From Bugula neritina (taxonomy: Eukaryota > Animalia > Bryozoa), in the NCBI GenBank assembly GCA_964035545.1, contig OZ037772.1, positions 4,183,538 to 4,247,537 of the forward strand: DNA of 64,000 bases. The letters run 5' to 3'. Of this stretch, positions 10,901-23,224 are shown piece by piece. Numbering within the stretch: the first letter of the stretch is position 1; every line of letters starts with the position of its first letter. The notes beneath the pieces were generated by a model, which was not told the DNA's origin, did not search any database, and worked only from the letters and a program-made list of their open reading frames with translations. The position numbers and the translations under genes were made by a program.

Positions 10901-13900
10901 ATTTATTATTTTATTATTAAAGTGAGTTATGTAACAGTAAAAGAGGAAGTCAATTTGTCAGCATTAAGGTTTGTGTGAGACAGAAGTGGATAGTGCAGGA
11001 GTTTATATTCTCACTGTTATGTTGAATATTTAGTATATTTCATCCTTCAAGTGTTTGTTTCCTTGATAAGATGGTATAGGCGTAGCTTTAACTCAGTTGT
11101 GTCCCACCTTCTTCATACCATTCCACATTGAACTATAATCCATAGGGTTATAGTTTCAGTTCAGTGCCATTCCATCTTTTATAAATGTTTTCTTTTGAGT
11201 TTCCGCCTCTTTGATAAAATTGTAATTTCATTTATAAAGAAAATCTTGGACAGGTTGTTTTCCTAATAATTCATTGAGTGTAGAAAAGGCCAGTGTGTTT
11301 GACATGGACCAGTGTCTGCCGCAACTTCAGTTCAGCTTTGAAAGCAGTGAGTTGATAATTAATTCAGTGTCTGCTGGAGAAGGTTGAGCTACAATCAACT
11401 CAGATAGCAATACTTGAGACAGATTCCAACTGTTTAGTAATTACATAGTATGTGTATAGTGATACATCATCAACCTGTAGTTACAGGTAGTAGGTATAGA
11501 ATAAGTACATATTGTATCTAAAAATGCTTTTATGAATAGTGTGATTTTATGTATACAGAGGAGACAGTAGCATCCCATGACTTGGCATCTTTGAGTGATT
11601 TGTCTTGTGAGTTACGAGAAAGTCTGACTGGTGGAATAGAGACTCTGTCTGAGAAAGTTGCAGAGTTGAATGACATCTCAAAGGATGCCTGGAAAGAACT
11701 GAGTAAAATAGAAGATGAAGTGAAGAAGATGGTTGCCAGAGTAAACGCTGTTGCTGACGCTCAGGTATGCTGACATGGTCATGTCATCTAATGTATTTCT
11801 GTTTGTCTGAAATTGGATTTTGCATGTGTTCTGTGAGTTGTAATCAGAAATGAATTTCATTTGCCACTAGAATTAACTGGCCATTAAAGTACTATCATTC
11901 TGTGTACAAGTAGCAGTAGCCATTCATCACATGTTACTCAGTGCAGAGGAACCTGTCAATACAGATGACTCACTCATCCTTCTGCAACTGTCAATCACTC
12001 ACACAGAAAGGTTGGCTGTGTGAGTGATTGACAGGTGTCAGGAGGAGGAGACTAGTCACGTGATGTACTAGCTCTCTGCTGTGTATAGAGTGTCACGTGA
12101 CTGAGTCATTGTCCACTCAGTGGGTGATCTGTCACTTTCATTTCAAGTGCAGAGGTTGTGAGGTGCAGATGTGGTTACACTGTGTTACTATTTATTAGAT
12201 AGAAGAGATTAGAAAGAGAGCCACAAACCTGCACACAGATAGTGGATAATTATAGAATAGAGCTGGCCTTGAGTAAGACAATGGGCAGACAGTCTCTGCT
12301 GGACACAGTACAACATGCAGTTGATAAGTTCAATGATGCAGGGATTGTGAGAGACTACAAAGAGATGAGTGAAAAGATGGAAAAGGCTACAGATATTGGT
12401 GTAATAGAGAAGTGTGTACTTCCAGACAGCATCTTGGTACCAACGTGTAGGTGGAGTCTATAAATAGTAACACTAACTATAAATAACTTTCTGCTTGTAA
12501 TTAGTTGAATTGTTTTCACTGAATATTTTAATAGTAGAATAAGTAGATAGAGTTTATTTATTAGAGAATTAAGTTTTGTTCTGCTCTCACATTATGAGAC
12601 ATTTCTGCAGTGTTTCAGAGTTTATGATGTATAAGTGAGCTGCTAAACTGTGTTATGCTGACTACCTGCTGTCAGTATTGACAAGATATTCTCACTTAGA
12701 CCTGTGCATCACGTAGCAACTTGTAGTAACTACAGACTGCTTGTATTTAAAACATCTTTTCATTTTAGGTTTGAAAAGCTGTTCCCACCTCCTCAGGTGA
12801 TGAGATTCTCAAGTTATAGAATTGTTATTTTGTTGTTGCAGACAGTGAAGACAGTCTGGGACTGAAGCTGCTGCAGCCACCAGCTTCTCTACAGTCTGAT
12901 GGACTTCCTGTACGTGGCTGGTGTTTCACAGTAAACATCTCAGCTGATGGACATTTGATGTGTGGGACACCAGGAGGTGTAGAAGTAATAAATAGACACA
13001 CTCTGAATACTATCAGCTCAGTGAAACACACCAACACTACAGGGTGGAGGGAGATAATCCAACCTGAAGGGGTGATGGTTGGCAGCTGGCATAACAAGAA
13101 GAAGAAAACAGTTGACGTCTCACTTCTTGATCCGAACTCCTTTGAGAAGACTCGCTCCCTCTACAGGCAGTCAGTAGATGTACCCTACACTTACTATAGA
13201 ATAGCTCAGCACGACTCACTGCTCTGTATTGTAGACACGAGTGAGAAACAGCTGGTAGTATGTAACCTGGTTGACAATAAAATACAGAAGTTCCCACTTC
13301 CTGAGATGAAGTACCCTTGGCCTGTATGCATCCTCCCAGACTCAACTCTCCTCATAGGTGGTAAAGTGAGAAGATTTAAAGTGGAGAACACAACTCTCAC
13401 TCTAATGTGGGAGTTTCCTCACATCTCAGAACCAACTGGTATTTCCTTTGATCCAACATCTGAACTGATTCACATCTGTACACTGGAAGGACCTCTCCTC
13501 ATCCTCTCACTTGAAGGTAAATACTCTGTTTATTATACTAAGTTTAGTTATTTTATATATAATTATGTTGTAGTAAATAATATATTTTAAAAATTACCAG
13601 TAAACAACTTCCACTCATGAGATATATTATGATATTGTTAGTATTTATCAAGTCACTGATGTTATTTTTAGCTAAAAGTTATGTAATAAAGACTGTAACA
13701 TGCTGATAGTAGATGTTTTATTCTTCATCACATGACTTGTAGCTAATAATAATATTAGTGAATAATACTGTCTCCCTGCAATAAGTTTATTTCCAGCTGC
13801 TGTAACATGCAGGATGTAAGCACAGGTAAAAGTGTATATTATATTGTATAGGTTTAAGTTGTACTCTGTGTAGTGTGCAGTGAGCTCTTAGTAAACTCTC

Positions 13901-14654
13901 TATTCAGTCTTCCTTTCCAAGGGTTCACCTGGTAGTGTAGAGGATAGGGACTCCACACTGCTGAGTGAGTTGGTGCTGCAAGGGGTTCAAACCCACCTAT
14001 CAGCATGTCTAGTTAGTATACTATGCAAGTGTTTTACACTAATTTAAGAGGTGCTCAGTCTAACAACTGTACAGATTGCCAGCTACACATGAGTTTTGAG
14101 TTGTAGTTTGACTTCAGTCTAGTGCTGCTGTTGTTTTGGTCATCAGATAATTTAAATATAAATAATTTGATACTTTTTGACTGCCATTACTGAGACTATG
14201 TAATTTGATGGTGGCTGGTAGAGCAGTGTTTTCTGGTGGGACTCAGGTGGCTGTGGTTGGTTCTTGTCAAGTATTTAATATGTGATAATGTTGGAGTAGC
14301 TGCAGTGGTATTAGAAGTAGACATGTGGGTGTGTTCTTGTTAAGAGCCACAGGCTAAGTTTGTGGGTCAAGGTCAATACAGTTGTATAAGGAGGCACTAT
14401 TTTCTGCTGTTTAAATATTTACTTCATGCATATAACCTGCTTAGTTCCATCTTTAAAGGCAGTCTGTCTGTTTCTCTCAATACACCAACTGATACAATAT
14501 GATGCTATTGTTTACAGGTCAACTGGTGCTTACTGTTCCCAGAGAAAGTCTTGGTGTGAGTAGCAGGGTGTGGGACATTGCTGTGTATAACAGAGACACA
14601 GTGTTTCTAGCATGTCAAGATGGTGGACTTAGGAGATACACAATAAAATACTAA
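7908..14654 (+). pseudogene. TRIM-like E3 ligase gene copy 1 (RING, B-box1, B-box2, coiled coil, NHL-like beta-propeller), frameshifted in the coiled-coil exon
   Basis: Coding exons with GT-AG ends: 7908-8089 (C3HC4 RING CGYC...CLHVYCMRC...CAYC), 10272-10452 (CDVC...LCQQH), 10650-10839 (CEHH...CSKC...CMRC), 11559-11764, 12199-~12446, ~12842-13516 (PWPVCILPDSTLLIG, EPTGISFDP), 14518-14654; AATAAA at 14832. A 32-bp deletion after 12231 gives TAA at 12247-12249. The junction 12446/12842 is the phase-compatible choice; a mini-exon near 12769-12796 is possible. Confidence 0.88.
8400..8906. mobile_element. hAT-type non-autonomous element (left TIR eroded), orthologous to 59002-59513
   Basis: Ends in AGGTTGGGAACCACTG; body matches the complete copy in TRIM copy 2. 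Confidence 0.6.
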
Positions 14655-15265
14655 ACTTATCAACTACAGTTTACTAATAATCAGCTCAGTGAGGTACTGA
14701 GAGATAAACTGGATAATATTTGTCATCAACATAGTTGGATTCATTACAATTCATCATTACACACACTCTGTATTTATAGTTAGATATGAGATGTTTTACT
14801 GTATCAAATATATGTTGCCATTTTACTATCTAATAAAGTTTATTTGCTAGTGAAAATATAGTCTGTTTTCATGCCTCATTAGCTTTAGTTCAAGTTGAGT
14901 TCGCTTACTAAAAAATAATCTTTACTGGAGCAGTAACTGTAAATGACTTGTCTGTGGGAGAATTTATTCACTGAATTGACATGCAGGTGCAAGTAACTCC
15001 AACATGACTAAGTAAATTTATTCCAACCATTCACATTGTTATACATTCCATTGCTGTGCAAACAATAGCATTGAGTAGCCAATCAAATTGTTTCTTGTCA
15101 TGCAATCAGGAATCTGGTAAATAATATATAAGACAATCAACTAGATATAAACACTGTTTTACTCTACACATAAGCTCTCTGTGATGTAGCTGCTTTGTGA
15201 AATGTGTGTAATTTGATGAGTTTAGTTCAATTGGTTGCAGTTTAATTATGACATGTTCACCATTA

Positions 15266-15638
15266 TGTAATATTAGAGGACAACTCCTATCCAGTGTGCA
15301 GTGGTAGTATACTATTAGTCAAAGGGAGTGCTCAGTATAATATAAATAGCTGACCTCTCCTACACCAACACTCCTGAACACCAGGTAGACGACAAGAACT
15401 CTTGAACACCACTCAGGTTAAGGGACTCCACCCACCCAGGCACCCCTGAATACCATCCAAAGCAGACGTGTTATGGATCATAGTCTTAACTCCTCACAGA
15501 CTAAGACAGGAGCTGGAGTCATCCTCACAGCCAAGCAACCCATGCCAATATACCAACCCTAGCCGACCTGAATACTACAACTTATATATTATAGTATTCG
15601 GAATAACTCCAAAGTAGCATATTTCTGTTAAAATAACA
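15266..15638 (+). mobile_element. Possible diverged solo LTR related to the LTRs of the 29060-35036 element
   Basis: 15505-15536 GACAGGAGCTGGAGTCATCCTCACAGCCAAGC closely matches the reverse complement of 29167-29197; TGT...ACA candidate ends; no clean TSD, so boundaries are uncertain. Confidence 0.45.
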
Positions 15639-16233
15639 TTAATAATAAACAGATAAATTATATATTTACTGATTCAATCACTATTTGAGTTTTCAAATTG
15701 AAATTCAATAAGAGACATCAGCAAGTAATAATCATATGTTATGTAATAATACATGCCACAAAAAAGCATCATTATAAAATTTAACAAAATGTATTAGCAG
15801 TTATCTATACTGAGATTATAATGTAATAATAATGTTGTATAAAGTACTAAACTATCAACCCCTCTCTCATATTATTATTTAACGTTTGACCTACAAACAA
15901 TGATTTCTTGTTGCTATACTGTCTGTTGTCTAGTTGGCTCACAGAAACAGTTTCAATCTAACAAATGAGTAACAATGTAGTGTTGATACAAATCAGAGAA
16001 TCTAAGCTCAACAATAAAACATAAGAAATAAATATCCTCAATATCCTAAGGAATATTCCAGAGAACACTGCAGGCTAAGCTAAGATATTTTACAACTACA
16101 TGCAGTTGACATATCTACATGAATTGTGGACCATTTTGGTGCTTCTGTGTGCACAGACAAGTTGTAATGACTCTAACAGAAACTTTCTCAGTAGGTTTCA
16201 GTCCATCTTGAATATAGTACAGCTTGTTGTCAT

Positions 16234-16592
16234 TTGGCCTCAATAGTATTGATGATACACTACCTTGTTTGACCTCAATAGTGTTGATGGTACACTACCT
16301 AGTTTGGCCTCAACAGTATTGATGGTAGACTACCTTGTTTGGCCTCAATAGTATTGATGGTACACTACCTTGTTTGGCCTCAACAGTATTGATGGTAGAC
16401 TACCTTGTTTGGCCTCAATAGTATTGATGGTACACTACCTTGTTTGGCCTCAATATTTTTGATGGTACACTACCTAGTTTGGCCTCAATAGTATTGATGG
16501 TACACTACCTTGTTTGGCCTCAATATTATTGATGGTACACTACCTAGTTTGGCCTCAACAGCATTATTGGTACACTACCTTGTTTGGCCTCA
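16234..16592. repeat. 35-bp minisatellite, about 10 copies
   Basis: Unit TTGGCCTCAATAGTATTGATGGTACACTACCTTGT. Confidence 0.95.
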
Positions 16593-17464
16593 TTAGTCTC
16601 GCTAATATAAAATTAACAGCACAACTTGCAAGATTTAACTAATTTAACTTGGTTCATGTTATGATGTTAATATGTTGACATTTATAACCTCTGATATATT
16701 TCTATGTTTATAACCTATCAATATGCTCTGATCTACAGTCTTTATTGCCATTCAAGGTGTTCCTCCTCACTGCTGGTCAACCCCATTAACCCTCAACTTA
16801 CTGTCTACATAGAAAACTGTCTGCTTTCCCTCCATGGTGTAATATACGGTCCTACTTACTCGACAGTCTGTGTAAGAGTCCCCTCGTGCAGTCTTTACTT
16901 TTACTTTCACTCTCACAATAGCCAATATCCAAGCCGTACAAGCTGGTGGGAAATCCGAATGCTTGTAAGGCAGTTAGCCAATCACCTCAGGTTAGCTTGT
17001 AGCTTATCTGCTAAAGACTATAAACCGCATTATATTCCACATGGCACATAGCTCATACAATGTGTATATTTGCTTTTGCACACTCATTACATAAAACACC
17101 AGCCATTGTGTTAAAAGTAGAGTTTTGTTGTATAGTCTCACATATTGGAACATGGCCAGTTGAAACTTAATATTTTTAGTTTCTGAGGCTTTTGTTAAGC
17201 TATTGCTGGAGAAAATTGCTAAGAATTTACTGCAGTGAATCTTTTTATATACATTACTTATGAAATGCATTACTGTGGAATAGTTGATCTACTCTGTATC
17301 ATGTAAACTAACTTACACACAAGTTATATACAGCTACTACTTGATAAGGAAGTAATAGACTTACACTAACAGAGTTATTGACATGAAAAAGTAAAAATAT
17401 TTAAATTGTGATGACTAAGTAAGTGGATGAGTCATAAACCAGTCAAAAAATAATTTCTACAAAC

Positions 17465-18420
17465 AAACTTTATTGAGTGAATGTGACTACAGAGTCTTGA
17501 CAGCATAGCAGAGTAAATATGTTACATAATCATTACTAATCAACATCAAATACTGCATATAAGCAGTGCAAGTTCTGTGGAATATATAATATTATACTGT
17601 GAGTAGAACACAATATATTATATTTGACATGTACTATTGATGACCTCACTGAGCTGATTATTAGTAAACTGTAGCTGATAAGTTCAGTATTTTATTGTGT
17701 ATCTCCTCAGTCCATCTCCACATGCTAGAAACACTGTGTCTCTGTTATACACAGCAATGTCCCACACCAAGTCACTAACACCAAGACTTTCTTTGGGAAT
17801 TGTTACCATCAGTTCACCTTTAAAAAATATAATGTCAGATTGAATCAGTTTGAGACAAACAGACAGACTACAGTGACATCACAACAGCTGACACCACTAC
17901 AAGCAAGTTTCTACTTTCCAGTATAATATAGTAACTGAAATATATTCGATAATAATACAATAAATTTCAAATATATTTCTCACTCAGAAAGACTTCCTTT
18001 AAAGATGCAACTAAGCCGATTATGATGAAGATAATAAAGTTCTACCAGTCAGTATTGAATAATTCACTGATCTGCTCTACTGTTTACTTCATAATAAATG
18101 ACAACATGGAGAGACTCAACATAGAAATTTACCTCCTCAGCAAGAAGAAGATATATAATATAAGTATTACATACATGAAGTAAATATTCTAACAGAAAAT
18201 AGTGTCTCATTATACAACTGTATTGACCTTGACCCACAAACTTAGCCTGTGGCTCTTATATAGAACACACCCACATGTCTACTTCTAATAATACTGCTAC
18301 TGCAGCTACTCCAACATTATCACATATTAAATACTTAACAAGAACCAACCACGGCCACCTGAGTCCCACCAGCAAACACTGCGCTACCAGCCACCATCAA
18401 ATTACACTAGTCTCAGCAAT
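17465..18420 (-). pseudogene. Inverted orphan 3' end of another TRIM paralog (part of last intron, terminal coding exon 17817-17684, 3' UTR)
   Basis: Minus strand reads GELMVTIPKESLGVSDLVWDIAVYNRDTVFLACGDGLRRYTIKY*, versus GQLVLTVPRESLGVSSRVWDIAVYNRDTVFLACQDGGLRRYTIKY* at 14518-14654. 18180-18420 is the reverse complement of intron 14190-14430. AATAAA on the minus strand near 17469-17474. Confidence 0.9.
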
Positions 18421-18870
18421 AATTACATAACATAAGATATATTACATGGTATAAGACATATTACATAATATAAGATATATTACATGATATAAGATATATT
18501 ACACAATATAAGATATATTACATAATATAAGATATATTACATAATATAAGATATATTACATAATATAAGATATATTACACAATATAAGATATATTACATA
18601 ATATAAGATATAATACATAGTATGAGATATATTACATAATATAAGATATATTACATAATATCAGATATATTACATGATATAAGATATATTGCATAATATA
18701 AGATATAACACATGATATAATATATATTACATAATATAATATATATTACATAATATAAGATTTATTACATCATATAAGTGATATTACATGATATAAGATA
18801 TATTACATAATATAAGATATATTACATAATATCAGATATATTACATAATATAAGATATATTACATAATAT
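18421..18870. repeat. 19-bp AT-rich minisatellite, about 23 copies
   Basis: Unit ATATTACATAATATAAGAT. Confidence 0.95.
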
Positions 18871-19104
18871 TTATATACTCTTTCTATAATGTATAATCTT
18901 GCATACACATACAGCCATTAAAACCTCTTGCCATTTAGTTTAAGTTTATCAATTTAGACACAAAATGCATTTGATCTTCAGTCCCATGACTGTCAAAACA
19001 ACACATTTCACATTCATTGGTTATACAAGAGATTGTTTTCCTCAATAATGGCAGCGTTACTCTAAATTGAAAAAAAAACTATAAAGTTATCAGCTAATTA
19101 AACA

Positions 19105-19735
19105 GGGTCATCTAAAGCGTATAGATATAGAATAAGTATATTGAATAGAGTCATCTAAATGGTATAGATATAGAATAAGTTGATTGAATAGAGTCATCTA
19201 AAGCGTATAGATATAGAATAAGTATATTGAATAGAGTCATCTAAAGGGTATAGATATAGAATAAGTATATTGAATAGAGTCATCTAAAGGGTATAGATAT
19301 AGAATAAGTATATTGAATAGAATCATCTAAAGGGTATAGATATAGAATAAGTATATTGAATAGAGTCATCTAAAGGGTATAGATATAGAATAAGTATATT
19401 GAATAGAATCATCTAAAGGGTATAGATATAGAATAAGTATATTGAATAGAGTCATCTAAAGGGTATAGATATAGAATAAGTATATTGAATAGAATCATCT
19501 AAAGGGTATAGATATAGAATAAGTATATTGAATAGAATCATCTAAAGGGTATAGATATAGAATAAGTATATTGAATAGAATCATCTAAAGGGCATAGATA
19601 TAGAATAAGTATATTGAATAGAGTCATCTAAAGGGTATAGATATAGAATAAGTTAATTGAATAGAGTCATCTAAAGGGTATAAATATAGAATAAGTATAT
19701 TGAATAGAGTCATCTAAAGGGTATAGATATAGAAT
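19105..19735. repeat. 43-bp minisatellite, about 14-15 copies
   Basis: Unit AGAGTCATCTAAAGGGTATAGATATAGAATAAGTATATTGAAT. Confidence 0.95.
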
Positions 19736-20171
19736 GGTAACCACAGACATCAGAAGAAGCAGAAGACACTTTCTACCACCAGACGTACCTCTTTGAAGGG
19801 AAGCTCCCCGAGTAGGAATTGTCCCATCATGACCATGCGGGCCACCCAGAAGAAGAGGATATCCAGTCCAGTCTCTAGCAGAGTACCCGGGTAGTAGGCT
19901 TGCAGGTCGGGGGTGTTATCTGGCCACCCCATAGTCTAGAAAGGAAATATTCCGGAACTAAACCAAGTGTCCAGCACATTTTCATCTGTATAAAAGGCAG
20001 GAAATGGAACAATGTTCAGAGTTGTCCTCTCTGACAAACTGAAACTGGGGTTAATTTACTCAAAGGAAATGTCTAGTCCGTGAAGAAAAGAAAGTAAATT
20101 ATCAATAAGTAGTTAGAGAAATGTAGCTCGCTGCTTTACTATAAAGGAGAAGAGAAAGTTGGAGGTGTGTA

Positions 20172-20385
20172 CATACTCAATACATACTCAATATATACTC
20201 AATACATACTCAATATATACTCAATACATACTCAATATATACTCAATATACACTCAATATATACTCAATACATATTCAATATATACTCAATACATACTCA
20301 ATATATACTCAGTATATACTCAATATATACTCAATACATACTCAATACATACTCAATACATACTCAATATATACTCAACATATAC
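20172..20385. repeat. 11-bp minisatellite in a ValRS intron
   Basis: Unit ATACTCAATAY, about 19 copies. Confidence 0.93.
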
Positions 20386-20596
20386 TTGAGCTGTCAGATG
20401 AAAGAGAATTACCCTGGCTAAGACTGATGACATTTGGATGTACGTTAAACTTCATCGCTGCCTTTGACAGCGCTTCATGATAGGATCTGCCAGTCACCCA
20501 GTAGTTGTTGTCACTAAACTATGTAAAATATATAGAGGTCAAGAGGTCACTAGACTATGTGAAATATATAGAGGTCAAGAGGTCACTGGACTATCA

Positions 20597-21247
20597 CAGG
20601 CTTTCCATGTATTGATCTCACTGAGATGGATCTAAGAAATGTGCTCAGAGTGTCATATCGATCTCACGGAGTTACCTCCTCTTAAGTGAAAGATACTTCA
20701 ATAGTATAATTTGCTCACCAATCTGACTGATTAAAGCTACTGCTGTCAAAAACAAGCTTGTTGCAGTCTAAATTTAATGCCAGCTATAAACTATAGTATA
20801 ATTTTATATAATCGAGTTTTCTTAATCATCGTACTGAAAGTCAAAGTTTGGCATCTGAAAACATGACTATCATAATTAATAAGTAATTTGCTTAGTAATT
20901 ATCAATAACTCATCATTTTTATTAGCAGACAGCATTTTAGCGAACATTTATCTTTCTACTTCTCAGATCATCTTTCGTCTTTCCATGGTCTTATTGCCTT
21001 GAGATCGATCCATGGAAAGCCGGTGTATGTACAAGATGTAGAGGTAAAGAGGTCACCAGACTATGTACAAAATATAAAGGTCAAGAGACTATGTAAAATA
21101 TACAGATGTCAAGAGGTCACTGAGCTATGATGAACAATGTACAATATAATCACAGGCTTTCCATGGACGACTGAGATCGATCTTTGATGTCTATTCATGG
21201 AGCGATCTCACCAATATAGATCTGAGACCGATCCATGGAAAGCCAGT
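20597..21247. mobile_element. Two related MITE-like units (about 20597-21026 and 21152-21247)
   Basis: Ends CAGGCTTTCCATG... and ...GATCCATGGAAAGCC(G/A)GTG form inverted repeats. Confidence 0.5.
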
Positions 21248-21629
21248 GAAAGGGTCACATCCACTGCAGAAATGGCCACACCCACTCCGGAAAGAGCCAC
21301 ACTCACTCTAGAAAAGCCACACCTACTCCAGAAAGGGCCACATTAAAGGGAATTCATAGTTTATCAACATAAACATAGTCTGTGGTGAATATTAGGTCTG
21401 TGCTAAACCCACTTGCTTTCTGTAAATAACACAAGACAAGATGAAGAATGAGTCATACCTCAGCCTTAGGTTGCCCCTGGATCTGCACAAAGTAGGCTGG
21501 TATTCTGTGCCCCCACCATAGCTGTCTGGAGATACACCAGTCCCTGGAGTTCCTCAGCCATTTGTACCAAGTGACTGTGTGATAGTCTAGTATGATCTTT
21601 AGCTTGCCTGATTCTACTACCTGCAGTAT

Positions 21630-21870
21630 ACATACTATGCTATAGATATACTATGCTATAGATATAGTATACTATAGATATACTATGCTATAGATATACT
21701 ATGCTATAGATATACTATACTGTAGATATACTATGCTATAGGTATACTATACAGTACTAATATATATACTATACAGTACTAAAATATTATATACTATACA
21801 GTACTAATATATTATATACTATACAATACTAATATGTATTCTATACAGTACTGATATATTATATATTATA
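21630..21870. repeat. 16-bp then about 23-bp AT-rich tandem repeats
   Basis: CTATGCTATAGATATA repeats grading into TATACTATACAGTACTAATAT-type units. Confidence 0.85.
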
Positions 21871-22881
21871 CATAATATATAATACAAGTACCTCTACAGC
21901 CTTGGTTGCCATATCGTCACACGCCACATATCACTGTGGTTTGGGTATCGGCTCAATGATATCTTTAGATCGACTATAACACAAGAGAACACGGTGTGGA
22001 GGTCATTGTTAACAGACAGACTCACATAGTAACAGTTCAACTCAACAGCATTGTAAAAGATAGTGGATATGTTAATGGAGCTATTCTTTAGGAGAACAAG
22101 AGAGGGCAACTTCTATTACATTGAAATCTGTAACTATGAGCCATTTTACTTGATTTAGCACACAGAGTCATATGCCTCTAGTTTTTAGCTATTGTTCACA
22201 GTTGAGCTGCTAATTCAACATTTTAATGTAAGAAACTATACACATTAGCAGCTAAACTGTGAAAAATAGCCAAGAACCAGAGATATATGGTGTGTACTAA
22301 ACTAAGTAAAATGACTCACAAGTAAACATGACTAGAAAAAGTTCTAACTGGACGTGTATGAAGAGGATGTAATGGAACTTGTAGAAATCTAACAAGTTGG
22401 GATAAGATTGTAAAGAGAAGACGACTCACCTACATACAGGAACTACCATAGAGTTGTCTTCCTTTCTTTTGTATAGCCTCAAGTCTTCCAACCTTCTCTG
22501 AACAGCTTTACGGGCATCAAACCTGCACATGAAACTTACATGGAGTATAAATTGCTAATAGACTCACACCTGTCACCTGCTCACACCTGTCAACTGTACA
22601 CAAATGATATTAAACCACTAAAACCTATGTAAATCAATATTATCTTGCTATCAAGTTGACTAATTGTGAAACAGCCAAAATAGGAAAATAAGACCTTGTA
22701 GTGCAGTGAGCAAGGCAAGTTCAAGCCATACAACTTTAACATGTTGCATTACAGAAGACAGACTTGCTTCATTTTGGTAAATAACTATAAGTAATATTGG
22801 GAGTTACGCCACCTTTGAGTAACAACATGGAGTTGTGTTTCTTTTCATAAACGCAAAAAGGTAAAAATTACTTGTTTCTTC

Positions 22882-23016
22882 GAGGTAGCACAACTTCTGA
22901 TTGTGTGACATTTTTCTAAGTTGAAATGGTTTTTTCTTGCATTATATATTATATAATGCAAGGAAAAACCATATCAACTTAGAAATATGTCACACAATTA
23001 GGAGTTATGTCACCTC
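22882..23016. repeat. Near-perfect spacerless palindrome (about 67-bp arms)
   Basis: GAGGT...TTGTGTGACATTTTTCTAAGTTGA...TTGCATTATATA T TATATAATGCAA...TCAACTTAGAAATATGTCACACAA...ACCTC, centre near 22949. Confidence 0.85.
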
Positions 23017-23224
23017 TTTGTCAAAAACACGGAATACTAGATTCACACACCAAACAGTACTCGTTGCTATATGAATAGACTCCAATTTAGTTCTCCCTCT
23101 GTATTTCAGTAAGCTGAGGGACCTGACACCTCAATTCATGACACAGTAGAATTCTTACCATAGCAGAATACTATATTTAACACAGGGATCTGTTAAATTA
23201 TTTTGTCCCTACACACAAAAGGCT

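Larger units (their letters stand above)
4111..12735 (+). repeat. Segmental duplication unit (TRIM locus) paralogous to 47938-47987 plus 55566-64000
   Basis: Colinear homology of upstream DNA, exons and introns with many substitutions and indels; homology runs to the window end. Confidence 0.95.

Noticed and set aside
13927-14010. tRNA-like A-box/B-box sequence (GGTTCAAACCC)
   Set aside because: No convincing cloverleaf; at most a decayed SINE head.
20159-20421. ORFs with YILNIYSIYTQ repeats
   Set aside because: Artefacts of the 11-bp minisatellite.
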